From Rhina ancylostomus (Eukaryota): a stretch of DNA of 64,000 bases. Shown one piece after another: positions 25,198-37,329 of this stretch (the stretch's first letter is position 1; every line of letters starts with the position of its first letter). The position numbers and the translations under genes are program-made. The notes beneath the pieces were generated by a model that saw nothing but the letters and a program-made list of their open reading frames with translations, made no database searches and was not told the origin of the DNA. The DNA is taken from positions 84,967,620 to 85,031,619 of the forward strand of contig JARFYF010000074.1 in assembly GCA_030265395.1 (NCBI GenBank), given 5' to 3'.

Positions 25198-26974
25198 ATA
25201 CTCCCCCACTCTATCGTGGTCTCACATTTCCCGAATTACACACGCTTTACGCCCGAGTAACACATATTTCCTCCTTCACACGCCGATAGATCACATCCTC
25301 CTTCGTCTCTCTCCCTTTCTCACACACACACGGTCCCTGTTTCCCTCACTTTACCAGTAATGTGATCGCAATCACCCACGCGCCTCCTTCCATACTTGTA
25401 CCACTCATTTGCACACATTCACTAGAGCTCCCTCCCGCACATTCTCGCAGTTTCAGACGTTCGCACTCTTTCCATATACAGAGTCCAAAAACCTCTCTCT
25501 TGCAACCACACAAACTCGCATTCCCTTCATTACACATTACTCCCCCGCAATTGCATTCAGTCACGTATAATCAGCCACACGCGCCCGTGCACCCGTATCT
25601 CCGCACTAACAGTTCGCAGCAGCTGCTTCTCGGCTGCGCCGCGTTCGCAGAATCAGTTTGTGTTTCTCTGAACCCGAGCGGAAACAGGGCGCTCTGAGGC
25701 TGATTGGGCTCATGTTAAGGACTGTCTTCGACGCCACCTCAAGGAAGCCCATTTGTTAATTCAAAGCGCATTTTGCTCTTCTCACTACTTTCTCCACACA
25801 AAAAAAAATCACCTTATTGCTGCGGCATCTTTTTATTTCAGTGTGAAGCAACAAAAGAACCTTGGGGACTGGAGCTTGTTTAAAATGAGAATAGTTTCAG
25901 AATAGAGTATTGCAAATTAGACATAATAATTCTGAAAGGATAATCGATCTGGGCGTTCAAACAACGCACAATGCAGTTCTGGCAAGAGTTAGAGGTCTTT
26001 TTAAAGATTCGCACCCAGTTTCCTTTAAACATAATTGAGGAATAGGTTTTATTAACAATCACACGAGTCGTAAATGGTACACAAATAATATTTTGATTCT
26101 CTATATCCTGTAAAATGATCCACATTATGGATCATACTCTCTCTTTGAGCCATCAACCCTGGCACAAAATGAAGGAGATTAGATTCCTAATACCAAGAAT
26201 ATACAAGGCGAATGGGGGTGAGGGGACGTTTAACGACCCCCTCCCCCCTCAGGGGAGAGGTTGTTACCACTAAAAAGATTAGTCACAATAGAAGATCTGG
26301 TCGTTTGTGTTCACCGCATTGTTTAATGTAACAATCGTGCCTCAGTTGGAGGTGTGCTTTCACACCAATTTGTGTCAGCGTGTTGCGACTGCGCGGCGCT
26401 TTACTTTTCTCGAGTCTTCCGAGGTGTGTACACTTTGGCCTCAGCCGCAGCCTTGAGCTGCTAACCGACGCGAACAGTGTGGCAGAATTTCCACCGCTGC
26501 TACCGATATCCTTTTAGTTTTGCCTTGATTCCAAGCAGAAACAGCAGTAGGGTTACGGCAGTTCACTTTAGAGAACACATCTGCTCGAATCTGTTTCACA
26601 TCCTAATTCAGGGAACCGCGACCTTCTCTCAGAATGAGCAGCCGATACAATTATAACTAACGTCAGCTGATTTCTGTAATTCCCCCAAAGGAAACGTCTA
26701 AGAGGCAACAACCATGGTTCGCTGGTTTGTTATCTGCTGTTACAGAAGTGTTATCAGTTATGATTGTTTCCACATTCTTTGTTCCATATTTTACTTTTCA
26801 GTGAAAATAAAGCAATGAATTCTGTGGTTATTTATTTTATTGCGACCGGTATTTAAATTCATTGTAAATTGTGAGATCTGTGTAATCTGATATGTGTTTC
26901 AGGTTTTTAAATATTCAGTGGGATTAAATCCCTCTTTTTCATTGATTTTAACTGACGATAACGAGGGATCCCGG

Positions 26975-27110
26975 CGCGAAGTGCGCCACCTGTCTCGCTG
27001 ATAATGTTGCGCTCCACCACAAAACCAGTACAGCGACTTCACAAGACAAAGATGGCGAAAGCTCCCATCCCCCACTATTTAGAGCCACTTCCTCGACCCG
27101 ACCGCTTCAC
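26975..27110 (-). promoter_or_regulatory. Candidate core promoter
   Basis: Minus strand reads GAGGAAGT (ETS), CTAAATAG (TATA-like), then pyrimidine-rich ctttCGCCATCTTtgtc (YY1/Inr-like) about 20-30 nt downstream. Confidence 0.35.
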
Positions 27111-29442
27111 CGTAATATGTACAGCGCCAATCTCAAGCTTATTACCAAGACTAAACGCCTCGAAACAGACACAGGAAACATGCAAAGGAAAGCATAAGAA
27201 AGGGTCGACACACAAACCGCACAGTTTAAACGTGAAAAGAAAACTGGAACCATCTTCACTTTGTCGGACATGTAAAGCTTTCTCAAAAGATTTCATTATT
27301 TTCCAACTTGCACACATGAACAAAGAACGTCAAATATACCTCAAAATGCGCTTGGTGTAACGGCGAGACCCAACAAAGTATCGATACTTGATTACAATAC
27401 AAAGCAGAAATAAAGTCCAGCAAAGGTTTACGGTAGGAGTTTAACCAATCTACACATTAAAAACAAAAATTTAAAAGAGCGTCATTTACTTCATAAAGTA
27501 CCGGAACATTAAGAGCCGCCGTCCATTCAGAGCATTGGCTTTTCATAAATACATGCACCTCTACACCAACTCCGGCATTCACGTTCTCGGCATCGCAATT
27601 CAAAGTTGTATAAACACTCATCTGTGACCAGGCTCAAACACAGGCTTCTGCGTGAGTTTGACATTGTTGCTAAGTTAGGTAAACCAAATCCGGTTTCAGA
27701 CAAAATCAAAATAAAATTTAGGGTATTACTACAACTTCCAAACAAGAACCTCATTCGGCACTGTCGTGATGCTCCTGTTTTGAAACCTTATTAAAACGTT
27801 TTGATTTGAAAATATCACTCTTCTGCCTGCACACAATCTTATCAAGTTACAATATGCTTAATTAACATACAAAGATTGTTCACCAACTTTTAAAACACAA
27901 GCCTTCAAAGAGTACACAATACTTTACACACGTACATTTAGACCTTACCAAATAAATTACTACAATTGATCTCTTAATATAAAATTTTGCAAGTTAGTAT
28001 GATTTGTTTGCATAATTTGAAGAAAGCAAATGGAAAATTTATTTCTTCTCACAGTATTCCCAGCTGCATACCCTTAATAACCGTCCCCACCCGAAAGGAC
28101 TAACACATGAGATAACTGAAATTCCAAAGTAAAATATACCTAATGATTAGGAACAAATTCCATAAACATCAGGTAATTAAAGATAACAGAATCCAAAAGG
28201 GAGGGAGGGATTCGAACTTTCTCATTTTGGGGCAATATGAGTGAATGGATGAATAGCAACAAATAGCTTAGGCCTTTAAGTATCTATGGTCAAATATTAT
28301 GCCAGCACCCATCATCCAGTTTCCTTTCATGAAGAATGTGATGTGTTGGGTGCCATGGGTCAATCAAAACTCATGGAACTCAACCTCAAGCAAACATCAA
28401 CACCTTGAAAAGGGAGATAAAATGAAAAAGACCTGTGACCTCACAAACTCAATACATGATAAACTGCCTTGTAGCCAGTAAATTTCTTTCTGAGGTGTAG
28501 TTATTGTTGTGAAGAAGGAACAGTGAATGAAAAATACTGCAAACGTGTTAGAGGTTCAATGGATTTTATGCAGCAGCAGATCAGAGGCACCACTGTGCAT
28601 CATTGCGGCACAAGTGACAACACTGAGGTTAACTGACTGGAGAAATATAGGGGATAGTTAATGAAGAACAATTGAGTTTATTTCAGACCTATGTCATATA
28701 CCAGTTGCAAAGATCATCATCCTGAGTAGATTAAATTAGATAATACATTGTTTCCTCCACTGCATACAGTGCAAAACTGTGGGGATTGATTTGCATTTAA
28801 ATAAAATTGAATTATCTTTTCTTTCAATCTAGATTCTGAAAAGTGTCATTGGGACTTTGAAATCATAGACATCATTGCTTCCAGGAACCGTCCTCCTCCT
28901 GTCACTCCCCCTTCCCACACCAACCTGGCACATGCACTATACTAAATGATTTAGTTCCATTCTCCGAATAGCTCCCAACACTCTGTTATTTTCTTTTTCT
29001 TTTTCTTTTTCAACTGGAGATCTATTAAAAAAACAAAGCACCTGCTATGTTAGCCACATATTTGTATCTTTAATAGCTCCCAGAAGTTGAGTCCACTCCT
29101 CCAGACTAGAAGAAAGCTATCATAATTCCAATATATTTTCTGAGATTATTTAACAATAGCATTTTCTTGTGACCTGAATTGGATATTTGTAACTGGTTGA
29201 AGTGTATTTTAACTTCTCCAAAAGTGGAGAGACCCAATTTAAATCGATAAGCTGCTTAGTTTCACAGAAGGTTAAATACGCTAAATGAGAGCTACCAACA
29301 GTCTCAATAATAAACAGTACAACTCATCTTCATGCGTGATATAAAATATGAATATGTCATCTTTACCAGCCCAGTTGTCACCTGACTAGACATGTGGCAA
29401 TTTTCAATGGGTCTTCCAGCACTCTGACCTAAAGCCTTCACC

Positions 29443-30122
29443 TATTATGGTTCTGAGTACTGGCCCTTGATTTGGCTCCTTTGATGCCTTGCTGTACAGC
29501 ACAGTCCGGATTCCATGCCGGACTGATTGCATAATGACACTCACCTGAATCCCATCAGNNNNNNNNNNNNNNNNNNNNNNNNNNNNNNNNNNNNNNNNNN
29601 NNNNNNNNNNNNNNNNNNNNNNNNNNNNNNNNNNNNNNNNNNNNNNNNNNNNNNNNNNGCATGACCAGGAGCTCTGGGGGGGGGGAGGGGGTCATGGCAG
29701 ACGTCCATACCCTTACTGCTACTGTTGGGCAGCTCAGCGAACAGGTCAGCAGAGTCTCTGCTCTATTTGCCTCTGTCACAATGTTGAGCAAGAGCAAGCT
29801 TCCTCAGGACCAAACACCAGCAGCAGCTGGAAGGAATCTTGCCTCGGAGATCTGAATGGCAATCCCAACACAAACTGAATCTTCAAACAGGAATAGAGAA
29901 CACAGAACTGCTCAAGAGTAGACCACTCTAAGCAGCCCAGAGCCATACCCAAAAGTTGACCGATATCTGGCAACTAGTGCTAGAGAAACCCAAGTACTTA
30001 TGCTAGGCCCCTGATGGGGCCTAGGTGTGTGTCATTATGCAATCAGTCCAGCATGGAATCCTTGTGCTGTACAACAGGCATCTAAGGAGCCAAATCAAGG
30101 GCCAGTACTCAGAACCATGACA
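29443..30122. mobile_element. Element with ~110-bp terminal inverted repeats and 6-bp TSD (TTCACC)
   Basis: 29443-29558 is the diverged reverse complement of 30011-30122; TTCACC flanks both ends (29437-29442 and 30123-30128). Confidence 0.85.
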
Positions 30123-30599
30123 TTCACCACTTTCTCTTTAAGAATGAAAATAACTTGCACAGCACTGAGTTTCAAATAATCTCTGACAGTTTATGCCATC
30201 ATTATCTCTCTTTATTCACTGTGGATTTTAAAAAACTTTCCAACACAATGAGTATGTGATCTGTTCCAGCTGCTAAGACAATCTAACAAGTAATTTATTT
30301 TGGTATTTCTATGAAGGAACAGCATTAATATGTTTCTTTGTTGTTTAACTGTCATTTCAGTTCTCCATTTTGCTGGACTGCTATCACTTGGTCCCCTCTA
30401 TCCAAATATAGTCAAATAACCATTTTAAATGACTTCTCTTCCCTGCTTTACATTTTTACCCCTGGGGTCTCTTTTGACCTCTGGGGTCACTTCTGTACTG
30501 CCATTGGTTATATTTGAAAATAAAATCAGCTGCTACATATACACTAACTTATTATCACCTTATTCACCTTGTCCAATACACTGATTTGTCACACTGTTA

Positions 30600-31790
30600 G
30601 TCTGGCATTCCAGGCTGGTCAAAAAGGTAAAAGCCTGTAGGTTGCAAGAGTATGTGCCAAATTGGATCCAAAATTGGTTCAACGGCAGGAAGCAAAGCAT
30701 AATGGTTGACAGGTGTTTTTGTGCCTGGAAGGCAGATTCCAGTGCAGGTCTTCAGTGCTCAGTATTGTCTCTTCTGTTTTTCTTGTAATATAGAGTAGAT
30801 TCATGATTTAAACTTACATGTAGTTTTTTGTATTAATAACATGATAGTATTTCTCAGTTGACACCAAAATTGGCAATATCATCCACAGTGAGGAGGAAAA
30901 CTTTAGATGACAAGATGTAGATCGTCTGATCTGTGGATGGGAGGTGCAACAAAGTTCATGAATACACAATAAATGTGAAGATATTGTGGAGTGGAGGAAC
31001 AGAGCAACCTTGGAATGCATGTCCACAGATCCTTAAAGAGATGGCCTGCTCTCCTTTATTAGTCTAGGCACAGAAATACATTGTTTTTTCCTCTCTGCAT
31101 CAGATTTCTGAACAGTCCATGAAACCATGAATACTACCTTGTTATTCCATTTTTTTTGCAATATTTATTTTTTATTTACAGTAATTTTATGTCTTTGCAT
31201 TGCACTGCTGCTGCAAAACAACAAATTTCGCTGCATATAAGTCAGTGATAATAAACCTGATTCTGATTATGTCAAATTATAAACACTAGCTAGACCACAC
31301 ATTAAGTTATATATTCATCTCTGATTACTGCATCACAAGAAAGATACGATTGCACTGAGAGGCTGCAGAAAAAAAATTATGAGACTATTGTCTAGACTAG
31401 AAAATTGTAGCCTTGAGTATGTTTTGAAAGGGTAGTGGCTGAGGGGAGATTTATTGAGGTGTATAAAAGTTATGGGAGACCTAGACAGAGTAAATAGAAA
31501 GGACCTATTTCCCTTGGCAGAGGAACACAGATTTAAAGTAGAATTACAGGGGATGAAGAAATATTTTTTCATCCAAATAGCAGTAGGACTCTGGAACTTG
31601 CTATCTGAAAGGGTGATAGAGATAGAAACTGTCATCACAGTTAAACATCATTTGGATGAGTACCGGCATGATGACTGCAGGGCTACGTAACTTTTGTGAG
31701 GAGGTGATTTAGACTACATAGCTCTTTTCTAACCATCATAATGGGCTGAATGGTTTCCATCTACATCATAAATTTGCTGTGGTTCTTAAC
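30600..31790 (+). mobile_element. Decayed CR1 LINE RT/3' fragment
   Basis: 'WIQNWFNGRKQSIMVDRCF' near 30660; 'KVMGDLDRVNRKDLFPLAE...FFIQIAVGLWNLLSERVIE' in ORF 31454-31690. Confidence 0.85.
31080..31270 (+). mobile_element. Short retroposon 3' tail (Rex1-associated type) nested in CR1
   Basis: 'catcagatttctgaacagtccatga...gcactgctgctgcaaaacaacaaatttc...gataataaacctgattctgatt'. Confidence 0.6.
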
Positions 31791-31829
31791 AGATGACAAA
31801 AAAATTCCTCCAAGTATTGGGAAAACCAA

Positions 31830-33290
31830 AGCCAAAATCCTTGATCCCCACCATGAACTGCATTCTCCGGCCATCTTTCTCTCATCCTGGTCTTGGAAGA
31901 GTTGTACCAGACTGTTAGCAATCTCAATGTCCAATTTAATCTCAAGTGAAGCTTCTGCTATAGAATCCTTTCCATTATCATGACTGCTTAGTCCTATCCC
32001 TGTAACTTAGCTCATCCACACAACTCATCTGTTGCTGAAATCCTCTTTGATACATTTGTAGCCTTTCAACTTGACTACTCCGATGCTCACTTGGCTGAAT
32101 TGGTATTGGTATTGGTATATTATTGTCACTTGTACCAAGGTTAGGTTTATTATTGTCATTTGTACCGAAGTACAGTGAAAAACTTGTCTTGCATACTCTC
32201 TGTATAGATCAATTCATTACACAGTGTATTGAGGTAGTACAGGGTAAGAACAATAATAGAATACAGAGTAAAGTGTCAAAGCTACAGGGAAGTGCATTGC
32301 AGGCAGACAATAAGGTGCAAGACCTCACAATCTACCTTGTTTGATCAAGTCCATCTCATTGTATAAGGGAACCATTCAATAGTCTTATCACTGTAGGATA
32401 GAAGCTGTCCTTGAGCCTGGTGGTATGTGCCCTCAGGATCCTGTATCTTCTTCCTGATGGGAGAGGAGAGAAGAGAGAATGACCGAGGGTGGGTGGGGTC
32501 TTTGATTATGTTGGCTGCTTCACTAAGACAGTGAGAGGTATAGACAGAGTCCATGGAGAGGAGGCTGGTTTCCATGATGCGCTGGGCTGTGTCCACAATT
32601 CTCTGCAGATTCTTGTGGTCCTGGGCAGAGCAGTTGCCATACCAAGCCATAATGCATCCAGATAGGATGCTTTCTATGGTGCATTGATAAAAATTAGTAA
32701 GTGTCAAAGGGGACATGCCAAATTTCTTTAGCCTCCTGAGGAAGTGGAGGCGCTGGTGAGCTTTCTTAGCTATGGTGTCTACATGATTGGACCAGGACAG
32801 GCTCCCACCTAATTTGTATAAACTTGGAGTTCTCTGGAACTCTGCAGCCTTTATCTACTCTACAAGTTTTTGTCATCCAACACCATGGCCAATGACCTAT
32901 ACTGGTTTTAACTCTAGCACCGCATCAATTTTTCAATTCTCATCTATTTTATGTTAACTTACTCGATGGTCTCTTTAAGTTCCTCCAACCCCACAAACAT
33001 TTATTCTATCAAATTCTATTCTTCTCCAACCTTGGCCTTTTCACATATCCCCTATATTCTTTCAGCAGCCAGGCTTTCAGCCTCCCAGATTCCAAGCTCT
33101 GAAGTTCCCTCTCTTAACTTCTTCCAACTCTGAGGGCCCTCTCCTTCTCAAACAATTACTAAAACCCACCTCAATGACCAAAGCTTTGAGTTGCCTTATC
33201 TAATACCACACGTGACTTAATGTCAAATTCTGTTTGAAAGTCATATCAGTGAAGCAAGTTACAATCTTTTACTACGTGAAAAGTGTCATG
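31830..33290 (+). mobile_element. Old L2-like LINE remnant split by a Rex1 insertion
   Basis: 'ctcatccacacaactcatctgttgctgaaatcctc..cttgactactccgatgctc' before the insert; 'aaaacccacctcaatgaccaaagcttt..gtgaagca' after it. Confidence 0.5.
32100..32803 (-). mobile_element. Rex1/Babar-type LINE 3' fragment
   Basis: ORF 32345-32716 'LTNFYQCTIESILSGCIMAWYGNCSAQDHKNLQRIVDTAQRI...ANIIKDPTHP' is the typical Rex1 RT C-terminus; short tandem tail reading (ttggta)n on the + strand at 32100. Confidence 0.85.
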
Positions 33291-34029
33291 AGCACAAAAA
33301 TATTTCTATTGTCAAAATGCTTAAGAATATTTTGTTTTAAAAACACAATATTTAAATAATTTTTTCCAAACCCCTTTTGGAAAAATTATCAAAATAATTC
33401 AAAACATGATGATGGTGCCCCATATTCAAATCCAAATCATATGTGTATTAAGAGCAATGTAACCTAATTCTGATCCCTGGGGATGTGACTGTTTACATCC
33501 CTTTGCTCCAAAAGATAATTATAAATCTGTTTTCTCCCTGAGCTAACTTCCTATCCCTACATGTGCCTTAATTTATCAACAAGCTCCAAACATGGCATGA
33601 AATCAAATAAACTCTGAAAATCCATATATGTGCTAACCATATTTTCATTTATCAATATAGCATTATTATCTAAAATAATTCTAGTAAAGTTGTCAAATAT
33701 GGATTTTTCTCCTTCCCTTTTGAAATAGAGATGAAGTGTCCTGGCCTGCAGTCCTTTGGCATTTCTAAGGATGTTTGGAAAATTGTAGTTAGAATTCTGA
33801 CCTCCTTCATCATTCTTGGATGCAAGTCGTCATCCAAATACAGAAAACTAATATTTACTTTTGTTATGAATATGCTTGTTTCTTAATAAATGCACTTCAA
33901 TTTTAGCCAACTGCTTCTTAAGTTGTATTTCTGAATCAGTAATCATCAGTCAGCCTTTATTATATATAGCCAAATGATACTTGTACTGGATGAACACACT
34001 TATCTTTAACATATTATGAAAACTTTATG

Positions 34030-34225
34030 AAAAACACTATTATGCTGGAGGAACTCAGCAGGCCAGGCAGCATCTGTGGAGAAAAGCAGGCAATCAATGC
34101 TTCGGGTCAGGACCCTTCCTAAGGACTGAAGATAGGAAAAGGGGAAGCCCAATATATGGGAGGGAAAAGCAGAGCAGTGATAGATGGACAAAAGAGGGGA
34201 GGTGGGGTGGGCACAAGGTGGTGAC
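34030..34225 (-). mobile_element. PLE 3'-terminal fragment
   Basis: 'tgctggaggaactcagcaggccaggcagcatctgtggag...ttcgggtcaggacccttc'. Confidence 0.8.
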
Positions 34226-35649
34226 AGCTGTGTACCTCACACATTTTTAACACCACAGAATGTCAATGCAAGTTTCTGCATAACACTTGGAAAGGAATCT
34301 ATTGAAACAAAGAAAATCATTTGGAATGTTGAAATGAAGTTTCCCAATGACAGAACATATTGAAACCACAACATCCCTAGCTTCAATTCACTAGCATATG
34401 AACTCACCATACATTTATTTCTCAATTAGACTTTGGAGTCTTAGAATGGACATGTTTCTACACTTCTGCAACAGAATAATACAGTTTCTAAACATGATGC
34501 AATCATTCTGTGAAGATCAAACAGCCAACTTGTGGTTAGTTGCACTATGAGAGATTTGGTTGTGCCCAAAGCTCCATCATAGCTTGTTGCATATGCAAAA
34601 CAATCTTAGAAAAAGTAAAGATGAAGAATTTCCAGATTGATTTTCAAATCTGTATTCTTAAATTTACAGTTGACCCCAATCATCTCTTTGTACTGCTTCT
34701 CCCATGTGAAGAACTTTAGCAGTGGACCTGAAAGGGAATCAACAAATTGGTAGCTACACTTTACAACTGTGCTCCTGTTGCTAGAAGCATTAAGGATAAT
34801 GCTAATAATTAGTAAACTAATAATAATTAAGGCCAGAAAAGTTTGTGCTGCATGTCATTTTAAAGCAAATTTTAAAGTATAGCAGAATTTAAATTAATAG
34901 CAGCAAAACCACAATCCAAATGCAGTTGGGTTAAACGTATCAATATAGTTTTGATTTGATTAACTGAGACAAAAGTAAGAGTGCACACTGTTTCAGATCA
35001 ACACCTCATAAAATGCAGGTTTTGGAGTAAACTGAAAATTAAAAATGAACATCAAAATGCAAATGATTAATAGACATCTTCATCCTTTTTTTGTGCCTGT
35101 TATTTTTGATTATTTATGTAAGAATGTCTCAAGCAATAACTTTTTAAAAGAATTTTCATAAATGTATCTGCCGTATGTGACCCTAACTATTTACTGGGCT
35201 CAATACGATTGGCCTTATTTCTTTTACATGCTACCATATGGATCTCCAAACTCAAATTCTTTCTTAAAGTCCTTTAACATATATATATATATATACCTCT
35301 CGGATCCATGTACATGTCATCCATTTCAAATCTGTAACTGCCCAATTAGGTTTCCAATTTCTTGACTTGGCAATGCAGCAAAATAGTCCTTACTATCTGC
35401 AATGTCTCCAGTCTTTGATATGGCCAGCTAAACCATTTTTCTGCAATGGCTCAGTGTCCTCCCCTTCCTATCTATAATATATTCCCCTGAATAATATGAT
35501 CTACCAATATCAAGTATGTAGAATGACATACATGTACATGAATGTAGATAAAAGCTATTGTTTTAATCCTCACTATAAACTCTACTCTTGACTATAACCA
35601 CAACTTATGATTTAATTGGCTTAGGTTTAAGTTGATTTGTAACATAGCA

Positions 35650-37280
35650 GTTAATTTGTCTGGTTTGTGAAGCTATTTGATCTGGGTGAAGTCCTATACT
35701 TGTATGGTCAGGTCGTTAGCACAGATAAAGCAATGTGTGCTTGGACGGAATGGTTGGTCATTTGTATAAATATTAAACAGAAAGGGCGCCAACACACTTC
35801 CTGGGTGAAAGTTATTGAGTTGCAAGCAGCAGAGGCTACATTTTCCTGTAATTCAACATTAAAGCAGCAGTTTTGCACATATGTATGGGTCATACAGACT
35901 AGCTGATATTCTTTTGCCAAGTTGTGGATCTTCCAAAGCAACTTTTGGTGACTAAGTGTGAAAGGCTTCTGGGAGGTTGACAAAAAAAGACAAGTTATAA
36001 TGTTTGTCTCAAAACCATCCCTGATGTATTGGGTAAGATTTAACCCCTGGCCAATGTGCAAAGCCCAGCCAGAAACGAACTTGCTTGGGGAGGAGTTGCT
36101 TTTCTAGAACGGATGAGAACCAATTTAGTATGAGGTGCTCCAAAATTTTGTAGAGGGTGCAAAGCAAGGAAACTGGCCAAAAAGTACTTTGGATCTGAAG
36201 GGCCTTTACATACCTTCAGAAGTGCAAGAATATATGCTTTTCTCCAATCTTAGGTAAACAATTGAACTAAGCAGTTGTTAAATAGTCTCAGCAGACAGGT
36301 CACCACTATTTGTCCTTCTTGTTGCAGTTTCCTTTCCTGCTGTTTGTTTGAGGGGCTTCACCATTTTTTGCCTGTTTGTGTACTACCTAGTCAACTAGTT
36401 AGCCTAAGAAGAAGACAACATTGTAATGTTACTCTGCTTTCCATGGATAATTATTCTGCTTCTTAATTAACAATGAAGCTTTTTTGCAATTGCATGTCAT
36501 TCAGCAATGACTTGATATACTTCTGCTAGTCCAACTGTGAGGTCTGGTCTTCTCCGTTTCTGATGATATCTTTTGCAATAGATTGATATCGTGCATTTGA
36601 ATGTCATTATCTTTTACGTCAGCCAAGTATGGTCTGAGAAAGGGTAGGGAGAATGTTCAGCTGGCTTGTGGAACATCTTCTGAATATTCCACTGCCGTTA
36701 CAAGCTGTGCATAGTTTGAGGTTCAATATCTACTACTGCTTAGTCCAGGCATGCTGCAAAATCCTTCCAGTTTGCTTTCATGAAACTGAAGCAATGTCAT
36801 AAAGTTACTACCTTTGACATTACAACTGGATGGACTCAGATCCTCTGGAGAAGTGTTGAGAATGTTTGTTTAGGCCCATGACCTTTTTTCAGCTTAATGG
36901 TTTGATATTATTGCTGACAAACGTAAGGCATGGTAGTAACCTTTTTTCCACCATCCATTGTTAAAGGCTTGAAAGCTTGCTGTCATGAAGCAGGCTCATC
37001 TAAGTTTGCCTTTGTTCAAATTCTAACAATTGGTGGCATTATAACCCCAGTTGTTATTTTATTGTTACAGTCATCAGTGATAATCTGAGTTTCGTCTGGA
37101 TGTGTTATTGGCTCCAAAAGTTTAAATTTTGTACTGGGTCTATGATTTTTACATGCAGTATTTCAATGTCATTACTGTGAGTCATTGATACTTTCTCAAC
37201 ATGTAAGTCTGCTTCTTATAAAAACGGTAGTACTGCACTGTTCATGAAATCTTTGAATTGCCAAACTTTCATTCAGATAG
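35650..37280 (-). mobile_element. Decayed I-group (Vingi/Ingi-like) LINE, endonuclease to RT region
   Basis: Minus-strand remnants in correct order: LLHDSKL..FNNGWWKKGY; FSFMKANWKDFAACLD; PKYFWPVSLLCTLYKILEHLIL; LNLTQYIRDGFE; PGSVLAPFLFNIYTNDQP..FICANDL. Confidence 0.75.
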
Positions 37281-37329
37281 AACTGACCAAAGCTTTCAAA
37301 TTAATTAGGAGGCTCTGTAGAAAATTATG

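Larger units (their letters stand above)
21600..27780. promoter_or_regulatory. Extended CpG-rich domain (promoter region of an unidentified transcript)
   Basis: CpG-dense segments at about 22.4-23.8, 24.7-25.75 and 26.3-27.6 kb; no interspersed repeats noticed. Confidence 0.6.

Noticed and set aside
1970-27360. Remnant of a lost Hox (HoxC-like) cluster, suggested by CpG islands and TTTATGG/GTCGTAAA motifs (1976, 2571, 26067)
   Set aside because: I found no homeobox remnant, hexapeptide exon, miR-10 or miR-196 hairpin; 'ERQI' (27330) and 'WFQ' (23054) are isolated chance matches.
27004-27360. 118-aa ORF containing aagATGGCG
   Set aside because: No recognisable domain or splice context; the motif is better explained as a YY1 site.
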